Origin: an uncultured Thermoplasmata archaeon
GTDB taxonomy: Archaea > Thermoplasmatota > Thermoplasmata > Lutacidiplasmatales > UBA184
NCBI GenBank assembly: GCA_963749195.1
Contig: CAVVLX010000007.1
Span: 68,329 to 132,328, forward strand
DNA: 64,000 nt
Direction of reading: 5' to 3'
A model generated the notes under the pieces. That model was not told the origin of the DNA. It did no database searches and saw only the letters and a program-made list of their open reading frames with translations. Position numbers and translations under genes: made by a program. Shown piece by piece: positions 54,783-62,810 of the stretch. Position 1 is the stretch's first letter; every line of letters starts with the position of its first letter.

Positions 54783-55739
54783 CTACTGTACCTTTCCGCG
54801 CAATTGAAGAAGCTCCCAGGCTTCGTCCATCACGCGCTCCTTCGACAATCCATACTGGTCGAGGAGGAGCCAACCGTCGCCGCTTTCTCCAAACACGTCG
54901 GGGACGCCGACTCGTCGCACCGGCACCGGATAGTTCTCCGAGGTGGTCGACGCGACCAGCGCTCCGAGTCCGGTCAAGGTGGTGTGCTCTTCCATCGTCA
55001 GAATCGCTCCGGTCTCTCGCGCGGCCCGCAGCAAGGACTTAGCGTCAAACGGTTTGATGCTCGCGAAATCGAGGACGCGCGCTTCCACGCCTACGCGGTG
55101 GAGCTCCGTCGCGACGTCCAGGGCGCGAGCGACCATCGCGCCGCACGCGACCAGCGTCAGGTCGGCTCCCGACCGGAGCTCATTCGCCTGACCGAGTTGG
55201 AAATTTCCCTCCGAAACTGTCGGGAGATTCTCCCGCGTCAACCGGACGTAGGCGGGACCCTGGAACTCCGTGATCGCAAACGTGACGGTTCGGGCCGTGG
55301 GCGCATCCGCCGGCACGATCACCGTCATCCCGGGGAGCCCGCGCATGAGGCCGAGATCTTCGAGCATCTGGTGGGTCCCTCCGTCGGGGCCGACCAGTAG
55401 ACCTCCGTGGGTCGCGACGATCTTCACGTTGGCATGGTTGTAACACACGGACTGACGAATCATGTTGTATGAATGACCCGCGGCAAAAACCGCGAAGGTA
55501 CTCGCGAACGCCGTACGCCCGCTCAGGGCAAGACCGGACGCGATCGTGATCATCGTCGGCTCCATCACGCCCACGTTAAAGAATCGCTCCGGAAACTGCT
55601 TGCCGAAAAGGATCGTACGAGTGGAGCCGGAAAGATCCGCATCCAGGACCACGAGATTCGGATCTCGGCCGCCGAGCTCGACGAGCGCCGTTCCGTAGGC
55701 GTCCCGAAGACTTTCCTTTTTCCTCTCCGTCATCGCCAT
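54783..55739 (-). CDS. Transketolase, C-terminal (pyrimidine-binding) subunit
   Basis: RDAYGTALVELG...VLDADLSGST...FPERFFNVGVMEPTMI..A.GLA..G...F..TFA.F is a typical split-transketolase subunit B. Confidence 0.92.
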   Translation of the reverse strand: MAMTERKKESLRDAYGTALVELGGRDPNLVVLDADLSGSTRTILFGKQFPERFFNVGVMEPTMITIASGLALSGRTAFASTFAVFAAGHSYNMIRQSVCYNHANVKIVATHGGLLVGPDGGTHQMLEDLGLMRGLPGMTVIVPADAPTARTVTFAITEFQGPAYVRLTRENLPTVSEGNFQLGQANELRSGADLTLVACGAMVARALDVATELHRVGVEARVLDFASIKPFDAKSLLRAARETGAILTMEEHTTLTGLGALVASTTSENYPVPVRRVGVPDVFGESGDGWLLLDQYGLSKERVMDEAWELLQLRGKVQ

Positions 55740-55742
55740 CTC

Positions 55743-56582
55743 TTACGGCGTGTCTCCGAGCTCGATCAGCGCGCGATCCGCTTCTTCTCGAGAGGGCGCC
55801 TTTCCGTGCCAGACGTGCGTATTCTCCATGAAGGAGACGCCTTTTCCCTTCACCGTTCGCGCCACAATGGCGGTCGGCCGACCCTGCGTCGAGCGCGCTT
55901 GCTCGAAGGCCGCCAGAATCTGAGGGAAGTCATGACCGTCGATATCGAGCGTCTCGTACCGGAACGCGCGGAACTTGTCCGTGATCGGTTCGATGCCCAT
56001 GATCGACTCGGTATCGCCGTCCGTCTCGAACCGGTTCCGGTCGAGGATCACAACGAGGTTGTCCAGTGCATAGTGGCCCCCGGCCATCAGGGCCTCCCAC
56101 GTCGGGCCGGATTGACACTCGCCATCGCCGATGATGGTGAACACGCGGTTCGCGCGATGGGCGAGGCGGCTGTCCAACGCCATCCCGACCGCGATCCCAA
56201 TCCCCTGACCGAGGCATCCGGTCGCCGCCTCGATTGCGGGAAGCTTGTTCCGGTCCACATGGCCTTGGAGTCGGCTGCCAAACTGCCGCAACGAGAGCAG
56301 CTCCTCGACCGGGAGGAACCCGCGGTGCGCTAGCGCGGCATAGAGCGCCGGCGCGGCGTGGCCCTTGGACAGTATCAATCGATCCCGATCGGCCAGATTC
56401 GGGTGTTGCGGATCGATCTTCAGCTCGTGAAAGACGAGTGCGGTAACCAGATCCGCGACCGAAAGGCTCCCGCCGGGGTGGCCGCTCCCCGCGGCCATGG
56501 TCATTCGGATGATGTCGCGACGGATTAGCAGGGCCGTCCGCTGAAGAGACTCGACGAGTGCGGAAGAATCGTCAGAAGTCAT
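55743..56582 (-). CDS. Transketolase, N-terminal (TPP-binding) subunit
   Basis: AGSGHPGGSLS, DRLILSKGHAAPALYA, and IIGDGECQSGPTWEA (TPP GDG motif). Confidence 0.92.
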   Translation of the reverse strand: MTSDDSSALVESLQRTALLIRRDIIRMTMAAGSGHPGGSLSVADLVTALVFHELKIDPQHPNLADRDRLILSKGHAAPALYAALAHRGFLPVEELLSLRQFGSRLQGHVDRNKLPAIEAATGCLGQGIGIAVGMALDSRLAHRANRVFTIIGDGECQSGPTWEALMAGGHYALDNLVVILDRNRFETDGDTESIMGIEPITDKFRAFRYETLDIDGHDFPQILAAFEQARSTQGRPTAIVARTVKGKGVSFMENTHVWHGKAPSREEADRALIELGDTP

Positions 56583-56612
56583 GCGCGCGGCCGCCGAGGA
56601 AGGGCGGCGTAT

Positions 56613-57594
56613 TTAGGTGTTGGGCCGGGCGCGTCGGGTCAGAGGTTTCGTCGGACGCTTCGAGGGAGATTGTCTCGGGGTGGAGGCCCGTCGAGGCGAC
56701 CGGGCCGGCGCGACCGGGCCCCGGGATCGCCTCGTGGGTGCGACGCCGGATTCGATCGCTCGAAGCGTCACGAGGTCACGGGCGTACTGGCCATACCCAT
56801 CCTCGCCCAACGGCGTTTCGAGATATCCCGGAATCTCCTTCCATGTCGGGTCGAGCAGGAACCAGCGGAATCCCTCCCGCCCGATGGATCCTTTCCCGAT
56901 GTTCTCGTGCCGATCGAGGTGCGATCCGAGTTCTCCTTTGGCATCGTTCAAGTGAAACGCCAACACCCGGTTCGACCCAATCGTCGAGTTTAGCGTGTCG
57001 ATCATCGCTCGGTAGCCCGCCTCGGTCCGAAAGTCGTAGCCTGCGGCGAACAGATGGCATGTGTCCAAGGTCACTCCCACGCGGTCCGTCGCCGTCGACC
57101 TTTTGCAGCACCCGGGCGATCTCCTCAAACGACGAGCCGAGCGTAGTGCCTTGGCCGGCCATATTCTCGAGCAGCGCACGCACGTGGAACCCCTGCGTTC
57201 GGTCGAGCGCTTCGTTGAGGCTCTCGGCCAAGATTTGGATTCCCGCGTCGGATCCACTACCCAGGTGGGCTCCCGGATGAAAGATCAGGTACGAGGCGCC
57301 GACCGATTCGGCCCGACCCAGTTCGTCGAGAAATGCCGCGCGACTTTGGGCCAACATCGGGGGTTTCGGGCTCGCGAGATTGGGCAGATAGGAGTGGTGC
57401 ACCGCGGGCCAGCGCAGTCCCTCGCGGGTCACCGCTTCTCGAAACGCGGCCGCGGCTTCGGGAGCGATGGAAGGACCCTTCCACATCTGCGGACTCTTGG
57501 AAAAGATCTGCAGCGTTCCGCACCCGATTCCTCGGGCGGTCACGGGGGCTTCGGCGAGGCCCTCGGCGATGCCGATGTGAGCTCCGAGGATCAT
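56613..57594 (-). pseudogene. nfo: Endonuclease IV (nfo), reading frame interrupted by a 1-nt frameshift near 57084..57094
   Basis: Frame A (track ORF 56776..57594) carries the N-terminal motifs (HHSYLPNLASP, IFHPGAH, LLENMAGQG, GSSFEEIARVLQKV). The homologous C-terminal motifs (DRVGVTLDTCHLFAAGYD, AFHLNDAK, LDRHENIGKGSIG, PGYLETP) continue in frame B (track ORF 56613..57257). The switch lies within GTCGACGGCGACGGACC on the minus strand. Confidence 0.8.
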
Positions 57595-57617
57595 CGGCCG
57601 TCCACGACTCGGAGGAC

Positions 57618-57626
57618 GATTTAATC
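57618..57626 (-). promoter_or_regulatory. TATA-box-like element upstream of nfo
   Basis: The minus strand reads GATTAAATC, centred 28 nt upstream of ATG 57594. Confidence 0.4.
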
Positions 57627-57661
57627 TCTCGCCCGGTAACCAATCTCAGCGAACCAACGGA

Positions 57662-57784
57662 GGCTGACAGCTTTCCGCGGTTCCCGTAGGCTCGCGCACT
57701 TCAGTACCGCGCGGAACGCCAGTGGGCTTAACTGCCGGGTTCGGAATGAGACCGGGTGTTTCCCCACCGCTTTGGCCGTCAGCC
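57662..57784 (-). rRNA. rrf: 5S ribosomal RNA (free-standing)
   Basis: The minus strand reads GGCUGACGGCCAAAGCGGUGGGGAAACACCCGGUCUCAUUCCGAACCCGGCAGUUAAGCCCACUGGCGUUCCGCGCGGUACUGAAGUGCGCGAGCCUACGGGAACCGCGGAAAGCUGUCAGCC (123 nt). It has the universal 5S blocks (CCAUUCCGAAC-like, GUUAAGCC, GUACUG, GCGAG, GGGAA), and the termini pair (GGCUGAC/GUCAGCC). Confidence 0.92.
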
Positions 57785-57805
57785 AATTCGGGGGACTAAG
57801 GCGGG

Positions 57806-57813
57806 ATATTTAA
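57806..57813 (-). promoter_or_regulatory. TATA-box-like element upstream of 5S rRNA
   Basis: The minus strand reads TTAAATAT, centred ~26 nt upstream of the 5S 5' end at 57784. Confidence 0.55.
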
Positions 57814-57934
57814 CCTTGCTTTCCGGAACTCTTACGGATTTCTCTCGAGACGAAACCATCATCCCCTCGACCGGCTGAATCGCCGACGGCGACGATGGTC
57901 GGACCCCATCGCTGGCTCGAACTGAGGTCATCTC

Positions 57935-60376
57935 TTGGGACCAGACCACTCGATACCCCACGTTCGGGAATATCGGCTCGACGTTGACGTGGATTTTTCG
58001 GGGAACCGTTGGTCCGGAGCGGTCGCGATCGATCTCGATTCCGCCCCCGGTACGATCTCCCTCGATGCCGTCGATCTCGAAATTCAATCGGTCTTCGTGG
58101 GCGCCCAGGAGTACCCGTTCGTGCTGCGGCCCTCGGAAGGGCGGATCGAGATTCACTCGGAGACTGCGGGCCCGGTCACAGTAGTCGTGAAGTTCGCGGG
58201 ATCCGTCAAGCCTCGAGCATTGATCGGGTTGTACCGTTCTCGGTTCGGCGACGCGTCTATCCTCACGACGCAATGTGCGCCCACCGGAGCACGTCGGATA
58301 TTCCCGTGCATCGATCGGCCCGACCGGAAAGCTCCTCTTCGTCTCTCGGTGACCGCCGAGGACGCCCTCGAGGTCGTATCGAACGCGGCCCCCGAGGAAG
58401 TGCGTTCGGTCGGAGTCGAGCGTCGATGGACGTTTGGACCGACGCCTCCGATGTCGACGTACTTGTTCTATCTGGGAATCGGGAAGTTCGAGCGGCGCGA
58501 ACAGACGGTCGGGCCGGTCAAGATCTCCGTGCTGGCACCGCCAGGCCGTGGGTCGTCGGGTGAATTCCTCCTCAATCGCGCCGGGCCACTCCTGTCGTTT
58601 TACGAAGAATACTACTCCCTTCCCTACCCGCTCCGAAAACTCGACCTCATCGACGTTCCGGAGAGTGCCTTCGGCGGAATGGAGAACTGGGGAGCGATCG
58701 CGTTCTGCGAACAATGGTTCTTGGTGGACGAAACCACCAGCTCGCCGGATCGGCGGTCGGCGTTGCGGACGTTGGCACATGAGCTCGCCCACATGTGGTT
58801 CGGAAATCTCGTCACGATGCGTTGGTGGAATGATATCTGGTTAAACGAAAGCTTCGCGACCCTCATGGAGCAGAAAGTCCTAGACCTCCTCTTCCCGGAT
58901 TTTGAGGCGGGTTCGGAGTTCCTGCTGGATTGGACCGGACCGGCGCTGCTCGACGACTCGCTTCGTCACACGCACCCCGTGAGCACTCCGGTCGAGCGTC
59001 CGGAGGAGGTCGACGAGATCTTCGATGTCATCACCTACGGGAAAGGCGCGAGCGTCCTGCGGATGATGGATGCCTATCTCGGACCCGAACGATTCCGCGC
59101 CGGGGTACACGAGTACCTCGAACTATTTCGATACTCGAACGCAGGGACGGCGGATCTGTGGGAGGCGCTCGGCCGGGCCACCGGGCTTCCCGTGAGCGCG
59201 CTCCTCAGCCCCTGGATCGATCAATCCGGGGTTCCGGTGATCGGGGTTCGGACGCATCGCAATGGAATCTCCCTCGATCAGCGGCGCTTCTACCTCGATG
59301 GCCGACACGATTCCGCCCGCTGGCCGATCCCGGTGATCGGCGAGGTGAACGGGCATGCCCTGCGCCTTCTCTTCGATAGCGAGACCCAGGAGATACCCTG
59401 CGACCCGGTCCGATCGATCGGGTTGAATCGGGAGGCCTGCGGGTTCTATCGCGTGCTGTACGATCCTCCGCTGTACGAGCTGGTGGCCCGCACTTTTCCC
59501 GAACGACCGCCCCGCGAGCGATGGAGCCTCCTCCAAGACCTCCTCGCCTTCGTCTTCTCTGGGGACGTTCCCCTAGCGACCTATCTGAGATTCGTTAACG
59601 GAACTCGGCAAGAGACCGACCCCCTCGTCGCGCGTTCCGTGACCGCCGGCCTCACCTTACTGGGTAGCTGGATCGTCGAGAATGCCACGTTTTCAGAAAC
59701 CGCACGGAGTTTCCTGGCGGACCAATCGAACCGATTGGGCGATCGCGCGAGTGCCAGGGAACGGGAGTCCGAGAGCTCGCTCCGACATGAGGTCGCTCTC
59801 GCTCGTGCTTACCTCGATGACGGCTTCGCGCGACTCCTCGCGGAGCGATTCCCGAGCTACGAACGATTGGATCCGGACCTCCGAGCGGCCGTGGCGGTGG
59901 CGCGGGCACGCACCGGCGGTGAAGTCGCGCATCGCGAGCTGGTCCGCGCGCTCGAACGAGCGCCCCCCGCTGCGGAGTCGATTCGACTGGAAAGGGCCCT
60001 GGCGTCTGTTCCGGATGAGCATTTGCTGCAAGCCACGCTCGATTTGACTCGGACCGAGCTGATCAGTCGAAGCGACGTGCCTCTCGTGCTCGTCACGGCC
60101 GCTCGAAACCCGTCCGGACGCAGCCTCACGTGGCGATGGTTGCAGCTGCATCTCCCGGAACTGGAGATCGAGCTGCAAGGTACGCCCTTCATTTCGGATA
60201 TTCTCGAGCAGGGCCTTCCGTATGTCGGGCTCGGAAGATTGGACGAGGTGGATCGCTTCCTGCGCGATCATCCGCCACGCGGAGCGGACCGCGGGATCGC
60301 TCGCGGGCTCGAGAAACTCGCCATCGCCGAGCGGTTAGTCGCGCGGTATGGTCGAAGCGCGACGGAATCCCGCTAG
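57935..60376 (+). CDS. M1-family aminopeptidase (tricorn-interacting factor F3-like)
   Basis: GGMENWG (GAMEN-type exopeptidase motif) and HELAHMWFGNLVTMRWWNDIWLNESFA (HExxH-18-E zinc site). Collinear with the Thermoplasma TRI F3 sequence as I remember it. TTG start. Confidence 0.92.
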   Translation: MGPDHSIPHVREYRLDVDVDFSGNRWSGAVAIDLDSAPGTISLDAVDLEIQSVFVGAQEYPFVLRPSEGRIEIHSETAGPVTVVVKFAGSVKPRALIGLYRSRFGDASILTTQCAPTGARRIFPCIDRPDRKAPLRLSVTAEDALEVVSNAAPEEVRSVGVERRWTFGPTPPMSTYLFYLGIGKFERREQTVGPVKISVLAPPGRGSSGEFLLNRAGPLLSFYEEYYSLPYPLRKLDLIDVPESAFGGMENWGAIAFCEQWFLVDETTSSPDRRSALRTLAHELAHMWFGNLVTMRWWNDIWLNESFATLMEQKVLDLLFPDFEAGSEFLLDWTGPALLDDSLRHTHPVSTPVERPEEVDEIFDVITYGKGASVLRMMDAYLGPERFRAGVHEYLELFRYSNAGTADLWEALGRATGLPVSALLSPWIDQSGVPVIGVRTHRNGISLDQRRFYLDGRHDSARWPIPVIGEVNGHALRLLFDSETQEIPCDPVRSIGLNREACGFYRVLYDPPLYELVARTFPERPPRERWSLLQDLLAFVFSGDVPLATYLRFVNGTRQETDPLVARSVTAGLTLLGSWIVENATFSETARSFLADQSNRLGDRASARERESESSLRHEVALARAYLDDGFARLLAERFPSYERLDPDLRAAVAVARARTGGEVAHRELVRALERAPPAAESIRLERALASVPDEHLLQATLDLTRTELISRSDVPLVLVTAARNPSGRSLTWRWLQLHLPELEIELQGTPFISDILEQGLPYVGLGRLDEVDRFLRDHPPRGADRGIARGLEKLAIAERLVARYGRSATESR

Positions 60377-60858
60377 CGGCTCTTCTTGCGAGAGCGCCAG
60401 GTTCGATCCGCCGAAGACCAGATGTACCACGTCCCGTGGGCCTGACTCAAGAACGTTCCGTCCTCGTCCGAGAGCTGACCCTCCACGAAGGCGAGGTGCT
60501 GCCCGCGTCGTAGCACATCTCCGCGAGCGATCAGCTCCTGACCTTCTCGGGCCGGGCGAAGAAACTCGACGTAGAGAGACGTCGTGGCCGTCACTTCGTC
60601 CGACGCTAATCGGGTCATGACCGCGGCGCCCATCGCTGTATCCAAGATCGTCGCATAGACCCCGCCATGCACGACGCCGTTGATGTTGAGATGGCGCTTC
60701 TGCACGATACCTCGGACCGTACAGAAGCCGTCGCCGCTCTGCGTCGGGTCGATCGAGAACCCCACGTTGCGATGGAAGCCGCCCAGGCGGGCCGCCGACT
60801 TCCAATTCGATGGGGGACGCACCGGCCGGGGTTCGGGCGGAGAGCCACGAACCCGCAT
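60373..60858 (-). CDS. PaaI-family hotdog-fold thioesterase
   Basis: Track ORF trimmed to ATG 60858. HLNINGVVHGGVYATILDTAMGAAV...TTSLYVEFLRPA...G...A.G.V...G is typical of the PaaI/YbgC type. TATA-like GTACTTAT lies 28 nt upstream. Confidence 0.8.
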   Translation of the reverse strand: MRVRGSPPEPRPVRPPSNWKSAARLGGFHRNVGFSIDPTQSGDGFCTVRGIVQKRHLNINGVVHGGVYATILDTAMGAAVMTRLASDEVTATTSLYVEFLRPAREGQELIARGDVLRRGQHLAFVEGQLSDEDGTFLSQAHGTWYIWSSADRTWRSRKKSR

Positions 60859-60924
60859 GACGTCGTCCACCCTCCCACGGGCATAAGTACTCTGCTTCTC
60901 CGTGACGTCGTGGGGGGGTACACG

Positions 60925-61938
60925 ATGGAGATTCTCCCGAGGGGCGCCACCTACGAGGCGGCGCCCAATATTGCACTCGTCAAGTATTGGGGGGTCCGCG
61001 ATCCCGTCCGAGCCCTGCCCTACAACAGTTCGCTTTCCGTCACGCTCGATCGACTGCGAACTCGTACGACCGTCCGATTCGCCCCTGCACTCTTGGCCGA
61101 CCGGTTCATCCTCAATGGGACCCTTCAATCCGGTGGACCGCTCGACGGCGTCCATCGCTTCCTGGACCACATCCGAGAGCTCGCAGGGGTCGAACTCTAT
61201 GCCGACGTTCGATCCTCGAACAATTTCCAAACGGCCAGCGGCCTCGCGAGCAGCGCCAGCGGCTTCGCCGCCCTCGCGGGGGCTGCGACCGCGGCCGTGG
61301 GCCTTCGGGTATCGGAACAGCGGCTGAGTCAGCTCGCTCGGATGGGATCGGGAAGCGCCTGTCGATCGATCTTTGGAGGGTTCGTGGAATGGAAGGCAGG
61401 AGATCGTCCGGACGGGTCCGATTGTTACGCCCACCCGCTGTTCCCCCCGTCGCATTGGCCCTCCTTGACGGATGTAGTGGTGATGGTGGCCGGAGCTCCC
61501 TCCAAGGAAGTCCGGTCGGCCGTCGCGATGCAGTCAACGGTGCGTACGTCCCCGGAATACCGGGAACGACTGCGCGAAGTCCCGGGTCGTATTCAACGGA
61601 TCCGCCGCGCGATTGCCGCTCGCGAAGCGCTGCGATTGTTTCCGCTCATCATGGAAGAGTGCGACAGCTTCCGCAAGGTGTGCGAGACGACGACCCCTTC
61701 TCTCGACTACCTGACGGCCACGTCGCGCGCGATCCTGGGGCAAGTCCGGGCCATGAACGAGACCGCCGGCCGGCCCCTCGCGGCGTACACGCACGACGCG
61801 GGAGCTCACGTTCACGTGTTCACGTTGCGTCCCGACGTTTCCACGGTTCGGCGGTACCTCGCCAAGATCCCGGGCGTACGCGAGATTCGAACGTTACATC
61901 CCGGGCCCGGGGGTCGCCGGGTCCCTCGGGCTCGATGA
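60925..61938 (+). CDS. Diphosphomevalonate-decarboxylase-family enzyme (mevalonate-pathway decarboxylase; true substrate undetermined)
   Basis: Track ORF trimmed to ATG 60925 (MEILPRGATYEAAPNIALVKYWGVRDP...). GHMP-kinase-fold motifs ASGLASSASGFAALAGA, GSGSACRSIFGGFVEW and AYTHDAGAHVHVF. Confidence 0.88.
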   Translation: MEILPRGATYEAAPNIALVKYWGVRDPVRALPYNSSLSVTLDRLRTRTTVRFAPALLADRFILNGTLQSGGPLDGVHRFLDHIRELAGVELYADVRSSNNFQTASGLASSASGFAALAGAATAAVGLRVSEQRLSQLARMGSGSACRSIFGGFVEWKAGDRPDGSDCYAHPLFPPSHWPSLTDVVVMVAGAPSKEVRSAVAMQSTVRTSPEYRERLREVPGRIQRIRRAIAAREALRLFPLIMEECDSFRKVCETTTPSLDYLTATSRAILGQVRAMNETAGRPLAAYTHDAGAHVHVFTLRPDVSTVRRYLAKIPGVREIRTLHPGPGGRRVPRAR

Positions 61939-61945
61939 GCCGTTC

Positions 61946-62785
61946 TTACATTACGTGGCGATCGAATTCGCTCGGCGGGAGCTTGAGCCCGAGCGAATCC
62001 ATGAGCGGAGTCACCTCTTGGATGAACCGCGCTCGGGCTTCTTCGTTGGTCCACCGCTTGAGGCCATATTCGATCGCGCGGCGACTGGTCTCGGAGTTGG
62101 AGTGGCCGAACATATCCAAGGCCCGTGGGTACCACTTCGTCAAGGACTGCTGCGCCTCTTCTCGGTCCCCGTAGTAGTTCGGACCATCCTGCACCATTCG
62201 ACGGAGAACGCTCAACCCGAAGTTCAGGTGGAGTTGCTCCTCGGACAGCATCAGGGGCATGGCGCGCGCGAGCGGTCCGTACGAGCACTCCTGGAAGGCC
62301 CGCAACTGATAGACCCCGACGCGGTCGACGAAACAGGTAAACGCCCCGACATCGCTCCAGCGGTCGAACTTCATGTTGAACGCGTCGAGCTTGTGTTCCC
62401 CCTCCTTTTTCGTGAGCAGCTCGTCGATGTAGCGTTGACCCTCTTCGCCAAAGTCCCGCAGGATCCGACACGCCTGTAGGCCGTGCCGAGCTTCGTCGGC
62501 GACCACCCGGGCCTCGATCCATCGGTCCTCGAGCGTCGGGGCGCTATCCAGCCAAGGACGGTGCTGTTGGATCGACGCGAATTCGGTGTCCGCTTGGACG
62601 ACCATGAGTTTGATAATCAGTTTGCGCATATCCAACGGAAGTTCCTCCGCGGTCTCGTACTTGCGCACGCCGGCCGAGGAGCCCCAAAGAATCTCCCGAA
62701 TCGGCTCAATCGTTCCTCCGGCCTTGATGTTCTTCGGTACGGCGCCGGGCGACGGCGCGGCCACGGTCGATCGAGGAGCATTCAT
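61946..62785 (-). CDS. PaaA/PaaC-like ferritin-fold di-iron protein (phenylacetic-acid catabolic protein family)
   Basis: Two ExxH di-iron motifs (ADEARHG, SEEQLHL) in a PF05138-like context (QADTEFASIQQHRPWL..AP.LEDR...A.VV.DEARHG). Confidence 0.7.
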   Translation of the reverse strand: MNAPRSTVAAPSPGAVPKNIKAGGTIEPIREILWGSSAGVRKYETAEELPLDMRKLIIKLMVVQADTEFASIQQHRPWLDSAPTLEDRWIEARVVADEARHGLQACRILRDFGEEGQRYIDELLTKKEGEHKLDAFNMKFDRWSDVGAFTCFVDRVGVYQLRAFQECSYGPLARAMPLMLSEEQLHLNFGLSVLRRMVQDGPNYYGDREEAQQSLTKWYPRALDMFGHSNSETSRRAIEYGLKRWTNEEARARFIQEVTPLMDSLGLKLPPSEFDRHVM

Positions 62786-62810
62786 GGAGGCTCTCCGGAG
62801 TTCTTAGGTC

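Noticed and set aside
57779-58792. 337-aa ORF on the - strand
   Set aside because: It is antisense to the M1 aminopeptidase gene, and its 3' end runs into the 5S rRNA gene. It has no motifs.
60987-62174. 395-aa ORF on the + strand, plus the 360-aa extent of track ORF 60373..61455 (-)
   Set aside because: Both are out-of-frame or antisense overlaps of the MDD-family gene and the PaaA-like gene. Only the last 161 aa of the minus-strand ORF (the PaaI thioesterase) show family similarity.
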